Source of the DNA: Octopus bimaculoides
Taxonomy: Eukaryota
Length of the DNA stretch: 64,000 nucleotides
Direction of reading: 5' to 3'
NCBI RefSeq assembly: GCF_001194135.2
Contig: NC_069003.1
Location: 27,939,019 to 28,003,018, forward strand
The notes below the pieces were generated by a model. It was not told the origin of the DNA and searched no databases. It worked only from the letters and a program-made list of their open reading frames with translations. Positions 50,840 to 63,544 of the stretch are shown here, piece by piece. Positions within the stretch are counted from its first letter, which is position 1, and the number at the start of each line of letters is the position of its first letter. The position numbers were made by a program, and so were the translations under genes.

Positions 50840-51110
50840 ATCACCATCATCATACCTTAATGTCCGTTTTCCATGCTGGTGTGAATTGGATGGTTTGACC
50901 AGAGCTGGCGAGCTGGAGAGAGCGCGACCAAGTTCCAGTCTGATTTAGCTTAGTTTTTACAGCTGGATGCCTTCCCTAATATCAACCAGTGTACAGTGTG
51001 TGAGGAGGATTTTTATGTGACACTGGAACGAGTGCTTCTACATGGCACAGGTACGAGTGCTTTTGCCACAGAAAAGCATTTGTGCTGGTGCCACATTAAT
51101 AATTGATGTC
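50840..51110 (-). mobile_element. Family C SINE
   Basis: catcatcataccttaatgtccgttttccatgctgg...ggatggtttgacc...cagctggatgccttccctaat. Confidence 0.8.
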
Positions 51111-51702
51111 AGGCATTGTACTAACTTATACTGAGTACAGTAAGTTTGTGGGTTCAGTTTCAGGCCATGTGATACACAGTAAATAAAGAAATGTCCTTCT
51201 TCAAAACATTCAAAACAAAACTGAAAATGTAGATGCAGATGAGAAGAAGATTAATTATCAAAGGAATATATCTCACTATATTAATAATAATTAATCATCA
51301 AAATACAAACTATATAAATTGTAAGTTTTGTTGACAATGGGCTGAATTGTACTCCTTCTGTAAATAACTTGAATGAAAATGTAAATATACGTTATTATGT
51401 ATCATAATGTGCTGATTTTCGTTACTTTTTTATGTTTTGGTTGTATTTTGTGAACAATAGTGTCTTAAGTTGCAAATTTCAAATATATCAATCACTATTT
51501 TAATGCATTTCTAATAGCGAGAATAATATGGGAGTGGCTGTAAATCAGTACAGAACAAATATTGGAAAAGTTTTCTTTGAAGGGGTATTTTCAATATTTG
51601 TTCTGCACTTGTTTTCCATTGCTTTTCAAATGTATGTAAACATACATCAGCAAAATTCACTTTTACACACATGCGTATGTATATATATATATNNNNNNNN
51701 NN

Positions 51703-51745
<43 letters not shown>

Positions 51746-52536
51746 GGGGTACAACAAGGCACCGATGTTTACTGGAAATAGCAGCTGATAAATTTACAAT
51801 GCTAGAGTAAAGCATCACTGTGTATATAGTGGCAAAGACATGTGAGGGCAGCAAACATAAAAAATTTCATCTTACCCCTAGGAAGAACATTAGATAAATG
51901 GACAACCCAGATTTGGATAATCTAGAAAAAAGTTTCCAATGAAAAATCAAATATTTTAATACAAATATATTACTTTGTTGAACTGCTAAGTTACAGGGAC
52001 ATAAATATACCAACACCAGTTATCAAGTGGTGGTGGAGACATTCACAAAGATACACACACACATATATCTATATATATTCTTGACACTTGCCTAAGGTTT
52101 CATACTGTGGGATTGAACCTCAGGCCACATGGTTAGTAAGAAAGCTTCTTAACCACACATACATACACACATCCATCAGTATCATTGGTTTTTACATCTG
52201 CTTTTTCCATGTTAACATTAATTAAATGACAGATACCTTTATGACACTGACCCTGTGAAATTTGTTTATGTAGGGCACAGGTAAATGTCCCACTAGCCCA
52301 AGTAATATATGGACGGAAAAACACACACACACACACACACAAACTGCATAGAATTTCATTGGGTGGGTTGTAACTGTAATTCTAAGCTGTAACTTTGTCA
52401 AACATTGTACCTGAGAATTACTTCAAGGGTCCACATGTTTGTGGAATAATCAACCAGCTGCATGCCAATTCAATGAGTAGATTTTTCCTATTGATCAAAC
52501 AACTGGATTCTCATGCACTGAAATCAATATAAGCCT

Positions 52537-52571
<35 letters not shown>

Positions 52572-52914
52572 TTGTTACTAGATCATAAATTTGGTATGTA
52601 GGACTACCTTATCCAATGTGTCTCTCATATACGAGACAGAATAATGTGAATCAAAAGTCATTTGGTTGCTCTTAGTGATTTAGCTGGTTGAGCAAATGCA
52701 TACAGACACCGATGTTGAGTAGTTGTGTGTTTAGTAGCCAGGCTGGTCAATGAGATTCCATTGAAAAAGGTTAATGAGAAGTTTCTTGTCTTATATTAAG
52801 TATAAATCTGTGTGTATGACCTACACATTAATGAGAGCAAGTGGAAGGAAAGATATCCAATAATTTAAGCAGAATATAATAATCTAATTTGGTTAGCTGG
52901 AACCAAACTGGTTA

Positions 52915-53024
52915 AAAGTGTCAGTTTCAACCAGGAGTAAACACCTGTACCTTCAATCAGTCATTTTAATCAAAATGGTTGATTGAAGACACAGATGCTT
53001 ACACTGTGTTGAAACTGACACTTT
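52915..53024. repeat. Fold-back palindrome: 53-bp arms with a 4-nt loop
   Basis: 52915-52967 against the reverse complement of 52972-53024 matches 43/53 ungapped, with the outer 17 bp perfect. Confidence 0.9.
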
Positions 53025-53080
53025 CTGTCCATTTGATTATGACCAAGTGAATCTCTCTCTCTCTATCTTTCTCTGTTTGA

Positions 53081-53138
<58 letters not shown>

Positions 53139-53409
53139 TAATTTTAATGCTTGTATATAAGTAAATATTAAATATATGTACATATTCAGTGTGAATGTAT
53201 GACTAGTTCTTGCTTGAACACGTCTTCTGACATATATTTAATGAAACCCTTCTTAATATTCAAAAGCTGATTGGAATTAAAGGTAAACCATGAAATTGAA
53301 TGGAGACAGTTTTATAGGTTGACTGAAACATTATATACTACTTGCTTCTCTCTGTACCACCAAGGATCTAGTTCTATACGACAAGACAAGTCAATCAGCA
53401 ACACATCTT

Positions 53410-53630
53410 TTATTGTTTACTTGTTTCAGTCATTAGACTGCAGCCATGCGGGAGCATTTCCTTGAAGAAATTTTTGTCAAATAAATCAACCCCAGTACAT
53501 TTTGATTTTAAGCCTGATATTTATTCTATTGGTCACTTTTACTGAACTGCAAAGTTTCAAGGAATAAACACACCAACACTAGTTGTCAAGTAGTTGTAGT
53601 GGTGGTGGCAAACACAGGTACAAAAACACA
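53410..53630 (-). mobile_element. Family A SINE, 3' half
   Basis: ttacttgtttcagtcattagactgcagccatgc...caaccccagtac...ctgaactgc...aaacacaccaacact. Confidence 0.75.
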
Positions 53631-53632
53631 CT

Positions 53633-53668
<36 letters not shown>

Positions 53669-53674
53669 TATATA

Positions 53675-53879
53675 TAAGTCAGTAAATAGTGGGGTTGTGT
53701 TAACCGCACGTGGAGAAATAATAGGAAAATGAAAAATAATAATAAGGCAGAATGCTAAACTGGAAGCATATTTTAATAAAGATTTCTAACCGGCTTTCAT
53801 TCCATAGCAAATTTTCAAGAAGAGGGAGAATGAAAATGTTTGTTACAAAGAAGTACAAAATGAAGAAAATAATATATAA
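53675..53879 (+). mobile_element. Element X, third copy, running into a gap
   Basis: (TA)n|taagtcagtaaatagtggggttgtgttaaccgcacgtggagaaataa... Confidence 0.85.
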
Positions 53880-55783
53880 NNNNNNNNNNNNNNNNNNNNN
53901 NNNNNNNNNNNNNNNNNNNNNNNNNNNNNNNNNNNNNNNNNNNNNNNNNNNNNNNNNNNNNNNNNNNNNNNNNNNNNNNNNNNNNNNNNNNNNNNNNNNN
54001 NNNNNNNNNNNNNNNNNNNNNNNNNNNNNNNNNNNNNNNNNNNNNNNNNNNNNNNNNNNNNNNNNNNNNNNNNNNNNNNNNNNNNNNNNNNNNNNNNNNN
54101 NNNNNNNNNNNNNNNNNNNNNNNNNNNNNNNNNNNNNNNNNNNNNNNNNNNNNNNNNNNNNNNNNNNNNNNNNNNNNNNNNNNNNNNNNNNNNNNNNNNN
54201 NNNNNNNNNNNNNNNNNNNNNNNNNNNNNNNNNNNNNNNNNNNNNNNNNNNNNNNNNNNNNNNNNNNNNNNNNNNNNNNNNNNNNNNNNNNNNNNNNNNN
54301 NNNNNNNNNNNNNNNNNNNNNNNNNNNNNNNNNNNNNNNNNNNNNNNNNNNNNNNNNNNNNNNNNNNNNNNNNNNNNNNNNNNNNNNNNNNNNNNNNNNN
54401 NNNNNNNNNNNNNNNNNNNNNNTATATATATGATAGACTTCTTTCAGCTTCCATCTACCAAATCCATTCACCAAGGCTTTGGTCAACCCAAAGCTATAGT
54501 AGAAGACATTTGCCTAATAGCAAATGACCCTGGAACCATGTGGTTGGAAGCATGCTTCTTACCACACAGCCATGTCTGCACCTATATATATTTGTGTGTG
54601 TGTGTGTGTGTGTTTGTGTGTAGGCTTGGCTTGGGCATACCTTTTATTATAGCTCTAGAATGACCAAAGCTTTGTGAATGGATTAGATAAATGGAAACTG
54701 AGAGAAACTCAGTTTGTGTATAGCCAGCTGGAGATGATGTCTCCTGGGGCTAAATAACAGCAACATTAGTCCTAAACCAGGACTGCCATTTTATGTTGGC
54801 AAACAATCTTTACTACAGAGTACTGTTGCTGAATATTTCACGTTGTGAGATTTGAAAATAGTAATTTTCTAATTTATAAAGCTCAGATGGTTATACAAAA
54901 GCTAGTCAGGACTAAGCTGGAGTTAAAACAGAGTAGAAAGTGACAATGGCATGGATTTAAGATGGATTTCAGTTTGCTAGGAAGTGACCCATGTACTTGG
55001 TTTCATGACCTTCATCTGAGGCGCATAAAGAATGAGACATGCAGGATCCAGTTACAAAACTGCAACAGACCGCCACTGGTCCAGTTATAAGTTTGGGTGG
55101 TGCCTTCTGTTGCATGTCTGTCATATGCAGTCCTCTTCATCTGCAGGTTCAAGAGTTGAGATCTGTTGCAATCATCATTAAACAACAATAGCAATTGGCT
55201 AGTTTCTCACCTGTGACCACACTGTGAAGAATGTATTTTCTTAGGGTTGGATATTCTGTAAAATTATTCAAGTCTGAGTGGTAATGATTTAGTTGAACTA
55301 TTTTAATATGTTTAATACTTTTAGTGATTTATGTAGAATCTCTGTGATTGAATTAGATGTATAATGGGAAGAAGTATGGTAATGATGAGGATATATTCCA
55401 TATTAATTTTACAAAACTTTGTACCAAAAAGTTTAGTTAATTTGCCAAATTGAACACGACATGAAATACAATCCACTTCCATCAAAGCAATTACTTGTAA
55501 TATTTCACTTTAACGTATTAATTATTTACATATTCTCTGATTAATTAGAAAATCTCTAGTTTTTATTGTTATAAGTTGGATATTGTCTGGTGATTATATA
55601 ACCTATTTCTCCATTCTATTGCTGTTATTTTCTTTATTCCTTTGATATATTCCCAGGAAATTATTACTGAAATATGAAAATATTAGAGATTGTTTTAATT
55701 GATTTCAATATTAACAGAATTCACATTCGTTTTCCCTCCATCTATTTGTCTATCTAATATAATAAATTGCACACTGCTGTTGC

Positions 55784-55825
<42 letters not shown>

Positions 55826-57032
55826 CAACACCACCTTTCATATTTGAATTAATCCCAGTAGAGTTATTGCTTGATATGTTGAAAATCAATTTGGCCTCTT
55901 AGTCTTTCACCTTTTTGGATGGCATATTGTAAAATTGAACATTCTGTTATATTTTAACATCAAGTCAGCTTCATAATCTTCTCTTACTTGGCAATATATT
56001 AATCCAATTACTAATCTAAAGTCTATTTTAGAATCTAAAAATAAGAAATTTTTACATTTGTTCACCTCTGGCTTATACACTGTAATCAATCCTTTTATAA
56101 TCCAGGAATCATAGCATCTGTACTATAATTACATACAAACTTATAAGAAGTCTGGGAAGTGGTCGAATGGTTCTTTGTTATTACTCATTGTTTAATCCCA
56201 ATGTCAACAAAAATCTAGCCATAGAAATCCCACCTTTTTGGGTTCATTAAACTGATTTATCTAATGGACTTTTTTTTATTAATTTAAGAGGACGGATTGT
56301 GTATGAAAGAAATTTAGCTGCTCTTTTTAGGTGGTTGAGTAACTACTCATGAGCTTTCTCATTAGCTCAAGGTAATAGCTGCTTCAGCACAAATAATATT
56401 TGCAACATGTTTTATATTAGCTGCTTCATGTTCAAAGTGTAATTTTAAGCTTGTAATTTACAATATGATTTACCAACTTATGCAGTTAATATGCAGAGGC
56501 TTCATTTCAATGACTTCTTAATTGAAACTAAATAAATGTTTAAGATTTGGTAGTAAATTTAAACTAAAATCTAATATATTTTGCATCATGTTTAAATAAC
56601 TCACTTTATTTCATGTATAAAAATTGAAAGATTTATTTTCTCTCTGCTAAGGAGAAAGTCAAGCATGAAGGCATGGTTAAGAAGCTAGTTTCACAGCTAC
56701 ATGCCTTCATGTTCCAACTCACTGCTTGACTCTTAAGTCAAGTTTCTTCTACCATAGTGTTGGATTTTTGTATGTTAAAATTGTGCAGAAGTGCATCAGA
56801 AGAACAGTTCCTTTCATTTGTTATAGAACCACTAAATATTTCTATTTCAATAATAAACATCTTAAAGAGGTTTCTTTTACTGACATCTTTTTAATTTATT
56901 TATGAAATTTCATTGGAAAAATAAGATCCAGACCTGGATTATTCCAAAACAAAGATATGAATATGAATTTTTAAAATGTGCATGTGTCTGTATACCCTGC
57001 TCCTCCTCCACACATACACACAATATATATAC

Positions 57033-57106
<74 letters not shown>

Positions 57107-57150
57107 TTTATCTGTTTTAGTCAGTATACATACACATACATACATACATA

Positions 57151-58249
57151 CAGGAGTTGGACAAAATAATGGTAGCACCTTAAAATTTCAAACAAATTTA
57201 TTTTGATATGGGGTGTGGATTCGTACAAAGTTTGAATTGTTTCCAAAGGAATTTTTGTCCATTCCTCAGCTAAAACAATCTCCAGTTCTTCTAGAGATGA
57301 TGGTAGAGGATATTGACTCATTACTTATTTTTCTAAAATGCACCATAGATTTTCAGTAATATTGAGATCTGGGGACTGTGGTGATCAGATAAGATGTTCA
57401 ATTTCACTAGAATGTTCCTCGTGCCATTCAGTAACAACTTTAATTGTATGAATTGGTGCATTAACATCCTGAAAGATTGCGTTTTCAAAACCATTGGGCC
57501 ATCAGATTTCCACGATATAGCCCCCTAGATCATGACAGATCCTCCTCCAAGTTTAACAGTTGGAAGAAGGCAGTTTGGGTCAAATGCTTCTTTTGGCTGT
57601 CTCCACACATATACTCGGCTGATGCTTGGAAATAGGGTAAAGAATGACTCATCTGAGAAAATGACATTCTCCACTCTAAATGTTTTGCAATGTTTATTTT
57701 TGGAGATAGTGGTTTTCTGATTGCAGCCCTCCCATGAAATCCAGTGTTGTGTGCAGCTCCCGGTGAACAGGTTTTGTGGAAACTGGGTTCTCGAAGTGGT
57801 CATTAAGCTCTGCAGAAGTTTTGGGAGCTGTACTTTTGTGATACTTTCTAACAATTCATGTAAGAGTCCAACGGTCTCTATCTGAAAGTTTTGGTTTTCT
57901 TTTCTTCCAGAGTTTTGTTTTGACGAGGAGGTTTTTTCCCTCTTTCCCAAAGGCTGTCATTACTTTCGAGACAGAACTTCATGATACACCAAACATTTCG
58001 GCTGTTTTCGTTACGCTAGTGCCTGCTATACAAGCACCAAGAATTTAACCTCTTTGAAACTCCGATAGATCTGTCATTTTAATTACCTTTTTCTGATGAT
58101 ATTTGAAAAGAAACAGTAATTTTAGCAAAACATATTAAGCAACACTGATAATAAATAAAAAAAACATGAAAATAAACAAGCTTTTGACAATTTTATAGAT
58201 ATTTCAAAATTATGATGCTAGGTGTTTCCATTATTTTGTCCAACCCCTG
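57151..58249 (-). mobile_element. Tc1-family DNA transposon, inactive, 1.1 kb
   Basis: TIRs caggagttggacaaaataatggtagcacct (57151-80) and aggtgtttccattattttgtccaacccctg (58220-49). TA precedes the left end. Confidence 0.95.
57200..58077 (-). pseudogene. Tc1 DD34E-type transposase pseudogene
   Basis: MTDLSEFQRG*ILGAC...; VIFSDESFFTLFP...VWRQPKEAFDPNCLLPTVKLGGGSVMI; AIFQDVNAPIH; SPQSPDLNITENLW. Carries stops, frameshifts and an internal deletion. Confidence 0.93.
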
Positions 58250-58250
58250 A

Positions 58251-58284
<34 letters not shown>

Positions 58285-58326
58285 CCAACCCCTGTGTATA
58301 TGTGTGTGTGTATATACTTATATATA

Positions 58327-58468
58327 TATATATATGTATTACGGAGATGTACTTGCATAGCAAGTGACCTGATCTGAGATCGTGTGCTGGAACGAAAACA
58401 ATTGCTGCGTGGAAGGTGTTTATAAGCCATTTAAAATAACACACAAAATCCGTTAGATTCACTTCAAC
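58327..58468. repeat. CpG-retaining interspersed repeat fragment, possibly Penelope-like
   Basis: acggagatgtacttgcatagcaagtgacctgatctgagatcgtgtgctgg... recalled as a high-copy octopus repeat. Single copy in this window. Confidence 0.35.
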
Positions 58469-58709
58469 ATTTAAATTTTGATAGACATAGCTGAAATGAT
58501 GTACCCTGCTTAAAGACGTAATTTAGTGCCACTGACAGTTTAAACTCATAGAGCTTGAATCAATAATCTAGTACCCTAATAGCTCATCTGCTGCGCCTCT
58601 TATTGATTTTCAAAAGGTAACGTCTCCAGCCTACAGCAGTGCCATGAAGTATTAGTATTTATGTGACGTGTTATGTGTGTCATGTATGTATAGCATAAAT
58701 TGTATCTGT

Positions 58710-58975
58710 TTGTCTGGCATCTTGTGTACATTCTTGTAGTACGTCTGGCAACTTGTGTTAAACATGTCATTTAGGTATGTGTGTGTGTGTGGAGGAGGGT
58801 GCATATTCTTTTAGTGTTTCTGTCAACTTGTGTTAAATGTCATTTAAATGTGTGTGTGAGAGAAAGAAAGAGAGAGATGGGGAGTACATGTTTTCTGTCA
58901 GTATATCAAGCATCTTATGTTAAACATGTCATTTAGGTGTGTGTGAGTGTATATTTTATCACTGTATCTGAATTG

Positions 58976-59057
<82 letters not shown>

Positions 59058-59870
59058 ACATTTTATCAGCATATCTAGCAACTTGTGTTAAATGTGTCAT
59101 TTAAGTGTATATAATAATAATTATTATTATTATTATTATTATCCTTTCTACTATAGGCATAGGGCCTGAAATTTTGGGGAAGGGGACTAATCGATTAACT
59201 CAACCCCAGTGTTTCTCTGGTACTTAATTTATTGACACTGCAAAGATGAAAGGCAATGTCAACCTCGGTGGCATTTGAACTCAGAACGTACAGATAGACA
59301 AAGTACCACCAGGCATTTTTCCCAGTGCACTAATGATTCTGCCAGCTCACCACCTTATGTAATAATAATAATAATAATAATAATGAACGTATTGTATACA
59401 GTGCCCAGGTGAACTACAACTCAACAGAAAAAGTAACCAAAACTGCATGAACAGTCCATAGAATATGCACAGGAAGTGAACAGTGAAAAAGGAAGAAGAA
59501 ACGGGGTGTGGGGCATCAGGTGTATTGTTGTGATGTGTGTATGTGGGGGGGGGGTTGTATATGTGTACATTTTATCAGTATATCTGGCAACTTGTGCTTA
59601 ACATGTCATTTAAGTGTGTGCATGTATATACATGTGTGTGTGTGTACATTTTATCAGTACATCTGGCAACTTGTGTTAAAATGTCATTTAAGTGTGTATG
59701 TGTATTTTATTTACATATGGTAAATTGTGTTAAACATGCCAATCAGGTGTGTATATATGTGTTTCATCCTATCAATACATCTGATTTAAACACATCTGGC
59801 AAATATATATGTGTATATGTGATGCATTTTATCAGAACATCTGGCAGTTTGCATTAAACATGCCATACAA

Positions 59871-59913
<43 letters not shown>

Positions 59914-59960
59914 TGTATGTATGTATTCTAGCTATACATCTGACAACTTCACTTATATCA
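58710..59960. repeat. Tandem array of a ~50-bp conserved core with variable microsatellite spacers, about 10-11 units
   Basis: Core tacattttatcagtatatctggcaacttgtgttaaacatgtcatttaagtg is clear at about 58747, 58824, 58909, 59077, 59586 and 59665, and decayed at about 58716, 59719, 59797, 59842 and 59941. Confidence 0.85.
59130..59360 (-). mobile_element. Deu/Nin-like SINE inserted in the tandem array
   Basis: (TTA)n cctttctactataggcatagggcctgaaattttgggg...gatgaaaggcaatgtcaacctcggtggcatttgaactcagaacg...tctgccagctcaccacctt. Confidence 0.88.
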
Positions 59961-60732
59961 CTGCATTTCTTATACACTATATTAGAATGATATATAACAG
60001 TCTGAAACAATCCAGTTTGTTTAGAATTGACTACAGGAGATTAGTTTGGTTAAGCTGTCTTCAATAAGTTATTTATACTAAGTTGATAGCTGTCCAGTTG
60101 ATTCTGTCTAGATCTTGGCATTAAGCTTCTTTTTTTTTTTTTTTTTTTTACTATTTAACAATGGACTCTGGCACCGATACTGCTATCACATTCTGTTTGG
60201 TGTAACATAATGCATTGCTTAAATAAACTTATCTAACCCAGATAGACAGGAACAAAATCACATTAAAATGAACCATCAAGGCAGCTTGTATATGACAACT
60301 CAAACCTGCTAAAAATAACAACTGCATCTCCCTCAAATCACATCCTACACGCTTTTTTTTTGTTAAAAAAGATATGTTGAATGATGTAGCCTGTGCTATA
60401 TCATGTCTGAAGAGATGAGATCTTTTACACATATCAGTCATTAGATTGCAGACCAACAAATGGACTCCAGTACTTTTAAGTTTGATACCTATTCTATCAG
60501 TCACTGTTGCTGAACTGCTAAGTAATGGAGATGTAAACAAACCAACATCAATCGTCAAATTGTAGTAGGAACAGCAAACAGAAGTCAAACACAAAGACAT
60601 TTGTTGTACATGTTATATATTCATGGTGACAACATGATGCAAGATTGGTTATAACGAAAATCAATGAAACAATTGTAAACAATAAACACAATTTACAAAC
60701 TCCATTCTTTGATATATTTTTAATTATACACA

Positions 60733-60795
<63 letters not shown>

Positions 60796-61695
60796 GACAG
60801 GTTTCCTAACATCTTCCTCAACCAAATTCATTCAAAGGTATCAGTTAACTTGGGGCTAAGGAGATGTTTAATTATAAGTCTGCCCATTCAGTGTTGACCT
60901 AGGGCTAAACAATATCAATTTACATTAAGAAAAGTATTCATCTCATTTCAGTGAATTGAGAGAGGGGGTGTTTTTCTTTTTTAATAAGCACAGCCAATTC
61001 CTCCAAACCAAACAAATAAAAAAAGACAAATAAAAACTAAAAAAAAGAACATAATTTAGTCAAATGCCATCAATATATCAAAGTGTATTTTTAAAACAAT
61101 TGTAAGCTTTGTATTAACTTGGCCTACATTTCTAAGAGATAACACAATGTATAGATTCTATTAAAAAGTGTAATTTACAAAGATTTTATAGATTTTTTTC
61201 AAAAAAAAAAAAGAAAATTACAATTTGGTTTTTATGTATTAACTATCTGCTATTAACAAGCATAAATCAATATATATTTAGAAAAATTTGAAATTTTCTT
61301 TTCAACAAATTCATCAATCAAAACTCCATTACTTTTGTCCCTTTCTCAATAAAGTTTCAATCATGGTAAGCTCTGTTTGATTTTAATTTACTATTTATTC
61401 ATATGCTGTCATTCAAAAAAATATTTTTGAGGCCATATATATGGAAAACAAATATGTGTCCATTTAGTTTACTTTGGACAAAAGCCTCATGATGAGCTCT
61501 TAAAAATTCTATGCTTCTTGTCAGCTATCACCTGTTAATTCCATCTCCCAGGATAATACAATGGTATGGGTATACACACATGGATCTTCTTTCAATTTAG
61601 GATAAATATAATAATAATAATAATTATTATTATTATCATATTGTTATATATATCTGGATATATATTATATATATGTATGTATGTGTGTATGTATG

Positions 61696-61731
<36 letters not shown>

Positions 61732-62337
61732 TGTATGTATGTATGTATGTATATATAAATGTTTGTATATATATATGTGTGTATATATAAATATGTATAT
61801 ATNNNNNNNNNNNNNNNNNNNNNNNNNNNNNNNNNNNNNNNNNNNNNNNNNNNNNNNNNNNNNNNNNNNNNNNNNNNNNNNNNNNNNNNNNNNNNNNNNN
61901 NNNNNNNNNNNNNNNNNNNNNNNNNNNNNNNNNNNNNNNNNNNNNNNNNNNNNNNNNNNNNNNNNNNNNNNNNNNNNNNNNNNNNNNNNNNNNNNNNNNN
62001 NNNNNNNNNNNNNNNNNNNNNNNNNNNNNNNNNNNNNNNNNNNNNNNNNNNNNNNNNNNNNNNNNNNNNNNNNNNNNNNNNNNNNNNNNNNNNNNNNNNN
62101 NNNNNNNNNNNNNNNNNNNNNNNNNNNNNNNNNNNNNNNNNNNNNNNNNNNNNNNNNNNNNNNNNNNNNNNNNNNNNNNNNNNNNNNNNNNNNNNNNNNN
62201 NNNNNNNNNNNNNNNNNNNNNNNNNNNNNNNNNNNNNNNNNNNNNNNNNNNNNNNNNNNNNNNNNNNNNNNNNNNNNNNNNNNNNNNNNNNNNNNNNNNN
62301 NNNNNNNNNNNNNNNNNNNNNNNNNNNNNNNNNNNNN

Positions 62338-62560
62338 CATTAGATTCCTTGGAAGAAAGCAGCGAATGTATACGAAAACAAGGACAGGAAAAAGAAACAG
62401 AGAAATGTTACACAAATACAAAAGTAATTAATAGGATGATATAACAGGTGTCTTTCAACTAAGGACGAATTAAATTAAGCTGGTGTGTGTGGAAGTAAAG
62501 TCTTACAGCATGGTCATAGGATTTAACAGGCACAGGGAGGAATATAGACGTTGCATGGAT
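62338..62560. repeat. Interspersed repeat fragment, possibly Penelope-like
   Basis: ttagattccttggaagaaagcagcgaatgtatacgaaaacaaggacagg...aaggacgaattaaattaagctggtgtgtgtggaag, recalled as a recurrent octopus repeat; not verified. Confidence 0.35.
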
Positions 62561-62751
62561 GGTAGTCCCTCCTGTTTCACTTCTATTTTTTTTAGCATAA
62601 AACCAATGTTAGCCTTAATACACAAATAAAGAAATTCTATCCACCAATGTGTTGTTGAGCACTCATTTTCATTGTTCAACATTTACGTAAATATATATAT
62701 ATATATATATTTACGTAAATATAAATATTTACAGTATCCAACTGTAGAAAC

Positions 62752-62862
62752 CAAGCATAAACAGATGATTGGAGCCTGGTGCAGCTCTCCAGCTTATCAG
62801 CTATTGTCAAACAGTCTAACCCATGCCAGCATGGAAAACAAATGATAAATTATTATGATGAA
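62752..62862 (+). mobile_element. Family C SINE, 3' end
   Basis: gattggagcctggtgcagctctcc...tgtcaaacagtctaacccatgccagcatggaaaac. Confidence 0.75.
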
Positions 62863-63544
62863 GAGGTAGTAGTGGTAATGGTTGTTGTTGTTTCAGTTTT
62901 CTCAGAACAATTCATAAAAAATTTTTGCATCTGATTATATGTATCTGATTAAGGAATCCGATACATATAATTCTACATTACTTTGTTAATTTCTTAATTT
63001 GAATTTTAATACAGAACAACATTGGTGTACGATGCTAGTGAAAAACCTTATTTTCTCCATGTTTTCATTCCCAAGTGGCATTGACATTTATCCTGACAGT
63101 GGAAAATTCTGGAAAATGTCATAAATGAATATCAATTGAATCTAACAGATAATGTTAATTAGATTTCTACGGTAGTACTAGAAATGTAGCTGAGAAAAAT
63201 TGGTTTAGAGAAAACAGTCATACATATATAATTCATCACCTATGAGTTAATTAAATATATTTGTGACATTTAATACTTATGTGTTCAGAATCGAAGTACT
63301 TTCAGTCTGCTACCTGTTGGCTTCATTGCAGTTTTCTCTTTCTCATATATAAAATGTTAAATCCATTTTCTTTCTAGTTACTCCCATCCTTTCTTATATA
63401 ATGCAGTGTAGCCATGTTGCTCCTTTAAAGCAAGTCGCCTAGACTTATCACTCAATCATATTTAGCCCGTCAACATCTGAACCACAGCCCGTCCCTCTCA
63501 AATATTCTCCCAGCCACCTAACTGAGGAGGATTTTTCCTCTTTT

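Noticed and set aside
55211-55255. Minus-strand 45-nt candidate exon (ttttacAG...CAG|GTGAGA; YPTLRKYILHSVVT)
   Set aside because: The donor side resembles a decayed repeat seen at about 3510; unrecognised peptide and no partner exons. Cannot be supported without RNA data.
58710-59960. CRISPR interpretation of the core-plus-spacer array
   Set aside because: Eukaryotic context, degenerate repeats, spacers that are variable-length microsatellites, and no cas genes.
61525-61563. Plus-strand 39-nt candidate exon LSPVNSISQDNTM with canonical AG/GT
   Set aside because: Signals of this quality are expected by chance in 64 kb, and there is no homology.
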